A DNA stretch of 64,000 nt, taken from Amoeboaphelidium protococcarum X5. Lineage: Eukaryota; Fungi; Aphelidiomycota. Under the pieces are notes generated by a model that saw nothing but the letters and a program-made list of their open reading frames with translations, searched no databases and had not been told where the DNA came from. The DNA lies in contig JALDTO010000246.1 of NCBI GenBank assembly GCA_023515725.1, forward strand, positions 405,680 to 469,679, given 5' to 3'. The translations under genes were made by a program, and so were the position numbers. Shown one piece after another: positions 1 to 13,862 of this stretch (positions within the stretch are counted from its first letter, which is position 1; the number at the start of each line of letters is the position of its first letter).

Positions 1-1
1 G

Positions 2-1255
2 GATGATTTGGCGAATATCGTTGTGTCTGAGAACGGAAAGCCATTTAAAGAGGCTGTGGGAGAAGTGTTATATGCTGCATCTTTTGTCAAGTGGTTCGCT
101 GAGGAAGTGAAGCGTGATTATGGACGTCTGATACCATCTAATGATTTACGATTGAGATTGGAGGTTCGTCATGAGCCGATTGGTGTGTGTGCTCTTATAA
201 CGCCTTGGAATTTCCCGCTGGCTATGGTGACTCGAAAGATTGCTCCTGCCATAGCTGCGGGGAATACAGTTGTCTTGAAGCCATCGCCAGAGACTCCGCT
301 ATCTGCTCTGGCATTAGCTCATCTGGCAGATTAGGCTGGCTTTCTGAAGGGCTCCATAAATGTGGTGCCGTGTGATAAGGATAATGTTGCAGATGTGGGA
401 GATATGTTATGCGGGGATGATCGAGTGCGTAAATTGAGTTTTACTGGAAGCACTGGTGTTGGAGTGCATTTGATGGCGCAGTGTGCGCGGACAGTTAAGC
501 GGACATCAATGGAACTCGGTGGTAATGCACCATTCATAGTGCTTGCGCCTTCTTCTAGTATGAACTATAGTGAATCTCAGATAGATCAATATTTGGATTC
601 GAGTGTCAAGAATTTAGTTGATGCCAAGTTGAGGAATGCTGGTTAGACTTGTATTGCACCGAATAGAATTATTGTACATTAGTAGATTCATGATTAATTT
701 GTGCGTAAATTGACTCATTATCTTCGTGATTATACTGTGTGTGGTAGTGGATTTGATTCCAGAGTTAATGTCGGACCACTTATTACCAGTCAGGCAAAGT
801 AGAAAGTGCTGAGACATTTGGATGATGCATAATAAAAGGGATCGGAAGTGTTGTACAATGGCGCCGATAATCAATCTCTGCATAATATTGAATCGTAAAA
901 TCTAGTGGCGCCTATTTTAATTACTGGTTGCACTAAAGATATGGCAGTGGCGAGTGAGGAGACATTCGGCCCCCTATTTTCTGTATTCCAGTGTTAGTCT
1001 GGTGAGGATGCTATTTAAATGTCCGATGATACACAGTTCGGACTCGCCGCTTATCTAATGCATCCAGATCGACACATGGCTCAGTTGCTGGCATAATAGC
1101 TGGAAAGTGGCATGATGGGAATTAATACTGGGACTATATCCTACCCGCAATGTCCTTTCGGTGGTGTCAAGCATTCCGGTGTTGGAAGAGAGGGTGGTGT
1201 CGAAGGTTTATTGGAGTTTCTAAATGTCAAATACATGGCAATCAATGACAATTGA
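2..1255 (+). CDS. UGA2: Succinate-semialdehyde dehydrogenase (ALDH family), 5'-partial
   Basis: [36 protein letters not shown][TAG=Q]TC (catalytic Cys), [20 protein letters not shown] in one frame when TAA/TAG=Gln; ends TGA 1253-1255. Confidence 0.9.
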
Positions 1256-1398
1256 CTCTATCCTTTAAAGTGAGATTGGCAAGATTGATGATTTTACAAA
1301 TATTATTTCAATGTCATGTACTTCAATATCATGTCTTATCATAGGCTCCATAAGTAGTTCTCGGTCACTTCGTACAATTTCACCACACTTCATACCAT

Positions 1399-2586
1399 TC
1401 AAGCAAAACGAATAGAGCTCTTACCACCAGGGACATTCAGGACGCGGCTAGATGGTCTGTTCTACACTGATCCAAGTCCATTAGAGCTACTGGCCCATTT
1501 ACTGACATCACTAGGCTCTTGCTAATTTCCACCTGTGGTAGCAGATTTGATCTTCTCATTCTCAGAGTATCCGCCAAAGATATCGTGATGAGAGTCATTA
1601 CGTCTTGCAGCAGCAGCATTGTGTCCCTTGTGGTGACCATGTCTGGTTGGTGAAGATCTTCCGGATGGAGACTTTTGATCCAGATGATCAACCTGAGTGT
1701 TGGGAAACTACTTCTTGGCAGACTTTGGTGGTTGATAATTATCCTTATCACCAGCATAATCATCACCCAGGCTGAAATGTGAGACATTAGTAGAGTTATG
1801 AGCCAGACGTTTACCATGACGCTCTCCCTACTCCTACTGAGGTACATACTCATCATCCTGACCAATAGAGAAATGGCTCTAATGATGGTGTGGATCAGCC
1901 TTGACAGATGATTTGTACACTCCTCTGGTGGTTGTAGAAGATGAGAACTCGTTTCTGTTAATCTAAACATTAACCCCGCTCAGTTACTTCTCCAGACAAT
2001 TGCTGCTTCCATCCTGCTCTTCATACAGCAGACGATTCACAGCATCATTGGTGGCAACTGGTAAAATCTGAGCACTTACTGGAAACTGATTACTCATAGG
2101 AAGACGACTCACATCAGAAGGCAGGAGATAGATTTGACGCATTACAGCCGCCTAGTCCCAGTAAATTCTTTTGGCTCTTACCAATTATAACTACTGTTAA
2201 CTATCACCACTGGCAACTTCATACTCGGTGATAATGACAAATGCAACAGTCACAGAGCGATTAGTTCCCTTAACACCAGGTAGTAACCACAACATTTCAC
2301 CACTATGCGTGAATCTTACCACCAACTCCAGTACGGACATGTGGTCAGAATCAAACTTGTTCTTTATCCACACACCTTCATCAGAATTGCTGAAATCACG
2401 AGCCTCCACAGCATTAGACGTAGAAAGGACATTCAGAGATGGATTCTTCTTCAAGAAACTGACCACATAATTACGGCCTGAAGCACCAGCAGACGTTGGC
2501 ACGCAAGTGATGGTAGCATCTTCAGCCCATCCTTGAGCAGACGTAGGATTGTTATAATGCAGACTTGTCATTTACAGAATAGCCAT
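1399..2586 (-). CDS. NTF2/SnoaL-like domain protein with low-complexity tail ending in a PGG motif
   Basis: ELVVRFTHSGEMLWLLPGVKGTNRSV...RIYWDQAAVMRQIYLL resembles fungal SnoaL-like domains; C-terminus SSRVLNVPGGKSSIRFA-TGA. Confidence 0.65.
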
Positions 2587-2967
2587 AACAGAATCAAAAT
2601 AAAAAGTAGATGATGATAAGAGTAAGTAGAGTCACAATTATGCTGTTACAGAATATAAAGGGAGTAATAAAGCCTTGTGACTGAATGTTTCAACTTTCAA
2701 CGACGCGTCACTAAACAGAAGAAGAAAGAGTGAGGAAAGAGAAACGGAACTTGACGCGCTTCCTCTCCGCTCGTTTTCTCGGGGCGTCCTAAGAGGGTTC
2801 CAAATTGCCGTTTCAGCTTTATGGTAGATTACTATACTGTCTTGATAGTGCACGGCAAAGAACTTTAGCATAGGCGGCCATGAATTTAAAAAATACAAAT
2901 AACAAATACACTACAGAGTAGACTTTATACAATATCTCTCGCCACGGCACAGTTTTAATATACTCAG

Positions 2968-4707
2968 TCATGTTTCCACAGATCCAAACATTGAGCTTAA
3001 ACTTTCTCCGTGATGGATTCGGCGTATGGCTTCTGCAAACATACCACTCACATCAAAGATTCCAAGTTTACCAGCATGTGTTGTCTTCATCATCATTTCT
3101 GAATTATTCGCGCTTACTGACAATCCATTCATAGACTGATCCAGAGTATCCTTGGATAGACACTTCTTGCGACTACCCTGAAGTGGACCAAGTATAGACA
3201 AATTTCTCTTCTGAGGCACAGTATTACTGAATATGATTTCATCAATATGAGAGTCTCTTACGCGGTATGGAGCATCACCGCTCAAAACACCGTGAGTTAT
3301 TATGGCAATAATTCTACTAGCTCCGTTCTCCTTGAGTAGCTATGCAGCTTTAGTGATGGTGCCTGAAGTATCAGCGATATCATCAATGAGCACGCACACC
3401 TTGTCCTTTACCTGTCCCACCAAAACCATGCCTTCCAGAGTCTACTTTTGTATTGGAGATTGGCCACAAGATTAAGACGAATCAGCACTTTATTATTGTT
3501 ATTAATGCTAGTTATCATCATCAACATTGAACATTTGCGTCAAATGCTATGCTCCCCCGTGATGCTATTTACTTTACTATTACTCTCTATGACCGCCTGA
3601 TTACTAGTTACCACCATTGCTATAATGATTAACAGCCCGCTTCTCCTTGTGAATAAGAGCGAACTGCATGCCCAACTTGTTCGCGATAGAGCTGGACCGT
3701 TTAGCACCACCAGCATCCGGACTGATAATCATCGCCTGTTTGTAATCTTTAACATTCTCTCTAATGTACTTGACCATCAATGACGATCCATACAAATTAT
3801 CCACCGGACAATCAAAGAATCCCTGAAATTAAGCATCATGAAGATCCATGGTGATTAGGTGATCCATACCTGCAGCAGTGAGCATATTAGCAATCAATGT
3901 TCCACTACGTGCCACCCAATGTCTGTAGCCCGTCTTTACAAGTCCAAGCTGGGAAATAGTGGGTTGAACTGGTGAAGATACGACAAGTCTCCTGACGCCA
4001 TCATTCTCAGTGGACAATATATTCACCTTTGGCAGGGTGTGCAGCGATGATTATCTATCGGGAGACTATGACCTGGATGCTGCTCCAATAGCTACTTCAT
4101 TATGCAGCTAGCTATGACCATGTTTGGATACTTCATGCAACTTCCTTAAAGACTTTTCCGCCTGAACATTTACTAGAGACCGCACGGATGGCGCAGGTTC
4201 AAACAATTACATTTAGTTTTAATGCTACTATTACTACTAAGATTCATGTGACGGCGATTAGTTTGATGAAGATTAATCGCGACCAGCGTTATAATAGCTT
4301 GTGCTAGCAGATTCAGCAGGTCTTACAGTGCCGCTCTTCTTATAAGGTACATCAGGCTGACGTGCATAGAAAAAGGATGGAATAACAGCAATCACCTTGC
4401 GAGCACTAGCCATCTTGCAAGCACTAATCATAATCAGCAGTTCCATCAAGTTGTCGTTAAGACTCATATTCTTACCACCAACACCACCAACGCTGTCCAT
4501 ATCTCCACTCTAGCTAGCATCAGAATGACAAGAAGTCTATATAATGTACACATCCATATCGCGGACACTCTCCAGAATCTGCACCTGTGTCTCCTTGTTA
4601 CTAAACTTGCCCAACTTGCATTTACCCAAATCCAAGCCGAGTTTCTGCGCAATCTACTTTGACAGTTCTGGATGTGAACTTCCACCAAACACCACAATGT
4701 CCCTCAT
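2968..4707 (-). CDS. PRS5: Ribose-phosphate pyrophosphokinase with two long low-complexity insertions (PRS5-like)
   Basis: [42 protein letters not shown][TAA=Q][39 protein letters not shown]; 580 codons; paralog assignment is inferred. Confidence 0.88.
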
Positions 4708-4970
4708 TTTATCTTAATACAACGTTGACTTGGTTTTACAACACGTTTGAAAGATGTATTTCTAGTTGTTCAATAGTTGTAAGGAGAGAAGAAGAAGAAA
4801 ATGCCGCTGAGGCGCGTTGAATGAAAACGTTTAACGGCAGAAGAATCGCGCTGAATTTACTGTTAAGAAGAAGTTCTATGGTTCAACTGCCACTATCTAA
4901 ATCTAGTCATCTTGAAAAGCCTAAGATGAATAAAGAGCAGTTCTAAATGTACATTTATATATATATAAAA

Positions 4971-5417
4971 TCATTCAAACCGCTTGATATTTAGAATTTC
5001 ATTTAGGAGCGTGGATAGCTCGTACTCTTCAATTTTGGAGCGGAGAGATGGAATCAGAGCATATGCTTCTTCAGCGAGTTGAGGCATCAGATTGCAGATT
5101 TAAGCCACTTCATAATCGCTGAGTGAGTGCTACATCTGTGCCTCTGATAATACTCTACGCACCTCCTTAACAGAGTCTGTTCTATTGAATTTAGACATCT
5201 TAGACACGTACGCTAACGTAGACTCGAACTGTTCATTCATTCGCTGAGGGAACGATGGAGGTAGATCCTTGTTAGCCTGCGCCTTCAGTCTATCCAACAC
5301 CACTTTTACCTCGCTGTAGAATAAGCATCTCTCTCCATTGAATTCTGGTCCAAGATTATTCACACTGGCATCCTCTTCTTGCTCGCTAGTAAATCGATGT
5401 AACTGTCTCTTCTACAT
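4971..5417 (-). CDS. RPB4: RNA polymerase II subunit RPB4
   Basis: EEDASVNNLGPEF, CLFYSEVK, YEVAQICNLMPQLAEEAYALIPSL. Confidence 0.9.
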
Positions 5418-5604
5418 TTCTAATTTTATCTTGAAAGGCGATTCAAGAGGAAAAGGATCAAAGAGCAATGGCAATAAAAAAATAAAAATTGGCATTGTAA
5501 ATGTCAAAATTCAATTGAAATGATATATTACTCTTATAAACAAACGTATAATCTGCGAATTCATGACGCGCTACAGTAAGATCGAATCAATTGACTTTCA
5601 GCGG

Positions 5605-6591
5605 TCAATGCCTGTCGAGGTTAGAAGGATCATATCTATAGCAATCTCTATAAGTTTAGTAAGATTCGCCACGTCCTCGCTCTAATCCATGTTATTAGTT
5701 TCCACGGTTACGCTATTAGTATTATCCTCTATGTCCACTGAGCTACTACTACTACTAGTCATGATTTCGCAACTCATTAGAAAATGAAGAAGAACGCCCA
5801 TGTATATCACTCTAAAATTGTCTACCATCAACCGCGTGTCTATTACCATCGATCTACCTGTGTTATATATGCCTTGTTTCATCGTGATATCTACCATCAG
5901 TGTATCTACCATGACCATACTAATCTCTTGGGTCATCGCGAGGATAGAACCGATTATGATAATCATCAGATTGCCCTCGCCACGAAGGTTCAGCCAGATC
6001 TGACCTGGCGTGATATGGATGGGATCTAACAGAAGATCGCTCTTAACGCTGCGCTTTTAAAGCTTTCTCCTTTTCATATTACAACTCCTACTTTTTTATG
6101 GCAAACATTGGATCCTCCCTAATTTTGTTCTCTAAATCTCTTTACTGATTACGCGCATTAATTCCAGTCTTGGCATGTAATTAGTACTGACCAGCCGCTC
6201 CTTAAGTACTAGAGCTTTAAGCAATTTCGCTGGTATCTGCAAGTAGAGAGCTAACCTTCTTCTTTCCAGTCAGGTAATCATTAGATTCATCGCCTGTAGC
6301 ATTTTTATCACCATCACCCTGCGCCGCTTACTCTTTCGCAAGTTGTGGTACTGCATACATCCACTCTAGACGCTCTTTCTACTTATTCTTCGACTTGTCT
6401 TTGGGTACAAATCCACTCTTCTCTTGCATCTCTCGCAGGGACTGAGCCTCTCGATCACGTTAAATCTCCTTCTTGAGCTCATCCAGACGCTGATGCTCCT
6501 TCTTTGCCTTCTCCTCTGCTATCCACACCTTTTCTAAATTGGCTCTAGTCGCTGGATGCCAAGACTTTTTCAAATTCAAATCACCACCCAT
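5605..6591 (-). CDS. CWC25: Pre-mRNA splicing factor CWC25
   Basis: N-terminus MGGDLNLKKSWHPATRANLEKVWIAE, ERLEWMY, KIREDPMF; Arg/Ser-rich tail. Confidence 0.9.
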
Positions 6592-6722
6592 TAGTCTTAT
6601 TTAATTAATGTATTCAGTGTTGTTAGACGAGTATTGCTACTAAAGATCAAATCTTTGCACTAAAGAGGAAAGAGAGAGAAAGTGAAAATACAAAGAGAAC
6701 GATCTAACTGTTAAACCAACGA

Positions 6723-7373
6723 TCATACACGGCGCATCTTCTTAGGCTTAGTACCACCATGTCTGATAGGAGTCTTGTCTATAATTTTGTTAATTTTAAG
6801 TCCGCTGGCAATGATTGATCTAAATGCCGCCTCACGACCAGAACCGAAGCCTTTGAATGTGATCCACACATCTCTGAATCCCCGCTCCACAGCGATACTG
6901 CCAATACGCGCACCTACACGCGTTCCACACTCCACAGATCCCCGCAGCGCTCCCTTGAGACCAACAAGCCCCCCGGTTACGGATGGCGCCACGATTTTGC
7001 GATTCCAATCAGACAGAGTGCAGATGGTGTTGTTCCTGCCAGCGAAAATGTTGATCATGCCAATTCCATATGGCAGTTTCTTGACGTGTTCCTAAGGACT
7101 CATCGATCCATTGTTGGCTGAGTTATTACGCATCCATTCACGCATACTTTGATTTTAGTTGATCAATTGAGCCAGTTCTTATTTCATGGACGCGACTTTA
7201 TTCGCTGCTAACTTTCTGTCTTTAACACCTTCACTGATCAGGCTATTGCTATGGAGAGCGCGTAACTCAGATATCTAATTGGACGATACTGCAGCCCACT
7301 ATTCGATATTAGCTTTATGTAGAGTGCTATAACTTCGCCTCCACAATTGTTTTCCAAGTGATATTCTCATCAT
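6723..7373 (-). CDS. Mitochondrial ribosomal protein uS11m
   Basis: NNTICTLSD, FKGFGSGRE, DKTPIRHGGTKPKKMRRV; Arg/Ser-rich presequence-like N-terminus. Confidence 0.88.
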
Positions 7374-7531
7374 GATCAGATACTTTCGCTGTTGATTAAA
7401 TCTTCTCGTTCTATCGCAACAGTTTAATCAGAAGAAGTTTGTGAAAGGCGAAGGAGAAATTACAACAATAAATTTTGCATTGGTTTAAATCTTGCCCCAT
7501 CATTCTTAAATTATTTATACAAAATGTAGAA

Positions 7532-10500
7532 TCAGTTACGCGGACGCTCACCACCTCTGAATAGATAAAGCAGCTCATTGCGAGATAGACGGTTGGCGCG
7601 AGCATTGCCTCCATCACCCTCACCAAGAGCACCATTGGCCAGCTATTGTTTCGCCTCTTGTAACGCCTTAATTCTGTCTTCAATCGTGTTCGGAATAGTG
7701 ATGGTATGAACATACACCGCCTCTTTCATCTAGCCAATACGATGCACTCTATCTATTGCCTAGTTCTAAATGGCAGGATTCCACCACAGAGACAGCATAA
7801 TGACATGATTGGCGGCGACCAGATTCAGACCAACACATCCAGCTTTGAGACTAGCCAACATTACCATAACATTTGGCTCATTCAGACGATTGATGGATAT
7901 AGCTCGTTCAGATAGCTTCATTGAACCATCAATACGGACAAATTGAATACCAGCCTGACGTAGAGCAGGCTCTATCAGACTCAACATGGAAGTAAAATCA
8001 CAAAATACGATAGCCTTTTCACCAGGGTGCTCCTTTCTCAGCTTATCAAGTAAATTCATAAGCTCTGTAATCTTTGTGGAAGTTATATACTTGGTCTGTT
8101 CCTACATCTATTCCATTTCTCGGTTCTCAAGCTCATACTGCTCAGGACGTAGCACACGTTCGACAGCTTTCAACGGGATCAGTTCAGTCTTCTTAATTGG
8201 ATGACGGCAGATGGGACAGGTTGCATTAGATGGCATCTCATCCTGACGAGAATTTATGCAATTCAAAATACACTCCACGCAGTAAATGTGTCCACATACA
8301 GTGACCACGGGAGTATCGATCGGAGAGAAACACACGGCACACTCCTCCATCACCTCATAACCATCCAGAATAGCCCCAAGTCTGTTAGCAACGGCCACAT
8401 TCAAATTGTGAACCATGTGGTCCATATTGAGCTCATCGTTCATCATTTCATCAACCAGAGATTTACCTTTGGTTACTAAAGAATAATGCAGACACATCTA
8501 TCGCATTTTAGTGATCATACCAAAGATGTGATGATAGTGCTTCTGCAGTTCAGCTTCAAACTATTTGAATTTTTCTAAACTGCGCTACGCAAACGCATCA
8601 TACAGCTCTCTCTCCTTCTACGTAAACTCAGGCTAATACTCAATAAAAGTCTTCTCTGGCAATTCAACGATCGGCCTATCAGAACCATCAATTTTGGAAT
8701 CCTTTGTTCTCCTCAACATCACACACTACAGGATGGTTTATAACTTCTTCATGCGATCCTCTTCTCGGCCAGCAATCCTCATTCTATCCTCTTTAGTCTT
8801 TGGATTAATAGAAAGGTCCATCTTAAATCTATTCCAATGACAGTACGGTTCAACTTCCAAAAATCTAAACAGTGGATACAAATCATCAGATGAGTTCTAA
8901 ATAGGAGTACCTGTCAGACACCACCTCTTCTCGGCCATCAGATAGGACAGAGCTATAGAACTTCTAGCAGCACGATTTTTAATCACATGAGCTTCATCAA
9001 GAACGACACGATGCCATTTATATTTGAAGAAGCAGCCCAACTTGCAATCACCTCTGTTCAGCATAAACGTACCCATAGTGTACTGTCTCTGCTTCTCCTT
9101 GTCAAATGTGAACTGCATCGCGACCGTCTGATACGTGGCCAGCACAATATCAAACTCGCCCAAAGCGTTAGGATCCTGTTCAAATTTCTTTCTCTGCACA
9201 GTTGTAAGATAATCACTGTGATACTAGATAACTTTCAATCTAAACGCAGGCTTGAGAAACTTTTCAAACTCTAATCTCCACTGCTCCATTAAGCTCAGAG
9301 GGACAATCACCAGAGTGGCTCTGCCTGAACGAGCGCTAGGAGGCTGTGTACTAAAATTGGCAAAAATAGAATGCGCCATCTCCTCTCTATGTGCACCATA
9401 CAAATTTCCACCACCATTTGAAGATGATTTAGAAGCAGGAGGATTGGCAACTATCGTCGATATAGTCAGACAAGTCTTGCCAAGGCCCATGGTATCGCAC
9501 ACCAAACCACCACGAAACGTCGACTTCTCCATGTGAGTCATCCAAGTAAGTCCAATCTTCTGATACTCCTTCAACTCGACTTACATCTGAGTTGGAGTCT
9601 ACATTCTCTAATCTGGTGGGTATTAGATGTTGAAATTATCCAAAAGCTTCTACAACTTCTCATGGGCAACCTCATCAGTGACAAGTTGACCTTCAATTCC
9701 ATTCTACAGCGTCATAAATTCATTCTACTATAACTCAGAACCAGGATATTCCTTCTTGGCAGGCTTTTGATATTGATGGTGCATCTCTGTGAGCGCCTAC
9801 TTGAACTCATGCTCCTGAAACGTCTTCCGTGATACTTGGCTACCCAGATGTAAACCATCCAGGGCGGTTCTAAATGCAGAAGTGGCTTTCTAAAAGGGCT
9901 ACATGTCACTCTAAGGCAAATTACGTGCAAAAGACTTTGCCTATGATAATGATGATTAACCAGCATTGTTACTCGGTTTTGGCTGATACATAATCATGTC
10001 ATCATCCAGATCGCTATCAATTTCAACAATGTTACGCTTCAAATTAGAGTTATTAGAAGATGACTACTTTGGCTTTGAACTTGACTACACACTTTACAAG
10101 ACACCATTTTCAACCACATATATGTCATCATCGTCTTCAACTGGTTACTTCTACCGCACCTACTTCTCACGAGCCCTCATGGCATCATACTCCACAAAGT
10201 CATAGGCGACAATCACATAGTCATGGCCGGGAAGCATCCCTATCGCAGTCGGAGTAGAGCGTTCATTAACAACTTCTCCGTCAAACAGGTAGACCATATT
10301 AGACTCCAGCCGAGCCATTTGTTCATACTACTTAAACAACTTTGAGAACAAAACATCTGGTTTAATATCAAACTTGACTCCTTTATTAGCAACTTGACAT
10401 TGCTTAACACGCACAATAATTCTACTGGAAGACTGAGATTGAGACAAATCAGCATGTGATACATTCTGCGCCTTTGATATCAGACTAACCATCTTGATAG

Positions 10501-10963
10501 TGTAAGTTTAACCAGGTCTTTTCATACCAAGAGCATGAGGAACATCTTGCAGATTCAACTTTAGATCATCAAATACTAGTTGGTACTCAGACTGAAATAG
10601 CTATATCAATTGCTTTTGATCCAATTTCAAAATCGTCTGCATAGATTTGGCAGAGTATGGATGCTTCTCACCAGTCAGATAATTCTTCAGTGCAGGAGCG
10701 GTTTTGTACACAAACTGTGCCGTGTGTAGAAACATGGCATTGAGAGAGTTGGTGGACAATGTCCTAAATCTCAAAGGACTTATCACCGTTTCAACCAGCA
10801 GCACAATGACATTTTAATGAGACTATTGTTGTGTAGAAGAGGAAGCAGTGGCACTTTAAGGGGTCTTTTGCGCAGAATTTGAAGGTGTACGCTGTTAGCC
10901 ACCAGCGAGTTGAGAGGAGAGAGAATTGTTCATCCGATTCTCTTTATCAATTCTTTGATACAT
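7532..10963 (-). CDS. SNF2-family ATPase with internal RING (Uls1/Ris1/Rad5-Rad16 group) and N-terminal tandem SUMO-like domains
   Basis: GGLVCDTMGLGKT, VLDEAH, LTGTPI, RING CAVC...CGHIYCVEC...CPICR, SLKAGCVGLNL, WWNPAI[TAG=Q]NQAIDRVHRIG; one 1144-codon frame. Confidence 0.88.
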
Positions 10964-11260
10964 ATTCCCAGATACAGTGTTAGAATGGACGGATATATGC
11001 ACTGTTAGTAGCCCAACCAAATAATAAGCAACTGAAATATTAATAACAATATCACACAGACGGATAGACAGTCAGAGAAAGACAGTGAGGAAATGCACAA
11101 GATAAAATATTTTGAAATATCGGCAGGTGAAACGAAACGGTTCTTCTGAAACGGCAGTTCTGAAATGAAACGAGAGCTGATGGAAAAGGAAATTCACGTC
11201 ATAAGAATTACTGCATAATAAGATCGACTATATTTCTCAAACAGTTTCACATTGTCATTA

Positions 11261-12112
11261 TCACTCCTCTGAGGTGGAGATCTATTGCATTAATTGCTAA
11301 ACGCGTTCTCTGCACTCCTGCTCCGATCTGTTGCGAGATTTAAGAGCGATCGCAATCTTGTCATATCGCGGCTTACCATCATCACCTTGTTGATTATAGG
11401 AATCTACACCCTCAAGTAACAGCATATCTTCCTCAGGAGTCCATATCAAACTAGACACATGCACACTGCCAGTCTAGTTAGTTTTATGCAATTTCTCAAC
11501 GTCAGATTTGCGGCCTTGAGTACGGGTGATATCCGCAACCAATCTACTCATCACAGACATTGAACTTACATCGCCCTTCTCCACTGATTGAACATGCTCA
11601 TTTATAGACTATTACAAAGGAGTCCAGGCTTCCTTCAACTTTGATGGGTTATTATGAGGTATCAGGACGTATCTTCCATTATGTAAAGTGACTTGTCCCA
11701 ATTCTCCACGTCTCCCAGATTATTACTTCATCATCTTGACATCACGGCGAAATTTGTCAAAGTGATGCGACTTTTTACTTCTTAAATAGGTGGACCATCT
11801 GACGCGTATATCACGCTCACTCACCTTACTAAACTCTGAATCAGTGATTGACAGATTTCTATAGACTTTATCATAATTCAGCATCTATCCATCCAATGTG
11901 CTCTCCATCGCGTCTATCAGTTTTCTATCCAAGTCATCAGTCCAGAACGCTTCGTCATATGCTCGATCATTAGCCGGCATATAACCACTTCTGGTCGGCT
12001 TATTACGCGTACTATGATCAAATATCTATTTCTCCAAAGGAATAACTGATACCACTTGCGATGTTGGTCTCGCAGCATAAAATCGCGTCTTGTACAATTA
12101 CTTCATTATCAT
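11261..12112 (-). CDS. Myb/SANT repeat protein
   Basis: FWTDDLDRKL...RDIRVRW and WTPEEDMLLLEGV...YDKIA...RSEQECRER. Confidence 0.7.
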
Positions 12113-12256
12113 CACTATTGCTTTGATTAACGCTTACCAATCAATGAGTCCTTTGCAAGCGAAAATTAAGCATTTCACAATAATGATCTTTCAGCGAAAA
12201 TTGTAAAAATCTGTACCTGTAAGAGAATACCACTATCTGATCACAAAACTCCGAAA

Positions 12257-13597
12257 ATGGATAATAATAACAATTTGTAAAATCAAGATTTTTCAGATGG
12301 AGAAGAGTATCAGGAGGATGTTGAGATTATTTAGGCAGATGAGATTGCTGATGTGTACGATGATAATGTGGGTCTTAATGCGACTCAATCTGCTGGTGTC
12401 CACAATGATTACGATGATGGTATGAACGTGGAAGAGGTTGAGTATTTAGATGACGAAGAGTTGTATGATGAGAATTTAGAAGGTGATATGGTGGACCTGG
12501 ATTAGCCATAGATTAGAATATCAACAGAGTAGTCAGTATATGCCATCGCTTTAAATCGATAGTACCCGCTGCTCACTATCGGAGGTTCTAATGATCAAGT
12601 GTCCATGTTCCAATACGATCTGAATGCAGATCCGAGTGCTGTACTCGTTAAAGAGTTTGATAAACATTCTGATTCCATAGTGTCCATCAAGTGGTCTCAT
12701 GATAATTAATATTGCGCGTGTGCTGGCATGGATGGCAAAGTGTTAGCGTTTAAGATTGATACCAGTTCTTAAACTTGCAACGTACTAGAAGAATTTTGGC
12801 TCAGTGGACCGGAGGAGATTACGTATCTTACGTGGCATCAGAAAGGCCTGGTTCTGTGTGCCGGTACTCAGGAAGGATCTGTATGGGTCTGGCACGTTCC
12901 AACGCAAAAGGTTATGCGCGTCATGACTGGCAGTATCAATGGAGAACACTGTGTTGATGGTCAGTTTGTACAAGATGGTAAGTATCTGCTTAATCTATCT
13001 GTTGATCCTTGTCTATCACTGATGGATGTAAAGAATGACACTATGGTATGGCGCGCACAAGTAAACTCCCATTTCAGACCAAGCGAAGATGGCCTCCCTA
13101 TACCAGCCATATCTCTGGCTGTCTAGTAGTCAGCGAATCTCGTCGCAGTCGGTACTGAAGAGGGGAAAGTATACCTCCTGAATGGCTAAACTGGAAAGGT
13201 CATCAATTAGTTGGCTGGTCACTCTGCCGAGGTTGAGTAGATAAAGTTTTGGTCTAATCACGCATCGAATGTTTCCGGTGGCCTAAATCTGCTGGTGACT
13301 GCTTCTATGGATTTTTAAATCATAGTGTGGAATCTGGATACTCTCTCGGTGAGAACGCGTATCGATGTGGGAGAGTCTGTTAATTCAGTTCACATTGTCG
13401 GTGATATCTACATTGTTTGTACTGATGTTGCTGGCTCTGTGTACGTGTACAATCTCATGAATGGTCAACAGGCGGGAAAGTATAAATTGCATAGAGATCC
13501 TATTTTATGCAGTGATAACGTCCACGATATAGTCGCTTCGGCTGATGATCACGGTGACATTTGTCTACTGAGAATATCTGCTTAAAGTTAATAATGA
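12257..13597 (+). CDS. SQT1: WD40 protein SQT1/AAMP-like (uL16 chaperone)
   Basis: Acidic N-terminus; HSDSIVSIKWSHD, AGMDGKV, GPEEITYLTWHQKGLVLCAGTQEGSVWVW. Confidence 0.75.
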
Positions 13598-13862
13598 AAG
13601 TAGGCACTAATTACTAATATCTGAATTAATCGACTTTCTTATTTTCGATTTGTTGCTTTAGGTTTGTTTTGAATTAGCGTCTACTTGTACTGGACTGTAA
13701 TAGCATTAAGTATCCGACCTGTCTCCAAGATTGAACTGTTTGAGAACTCCATGTAAAACGACGACGATGATCAAATGAACGCGCGCGTTTCGAGTCGATT
13801 CTTTTCCTCTTCTTTTCTTCAAAGTGAGCGCGTTTGAGAGAGAGAAACTCTTGAACAAAGTC

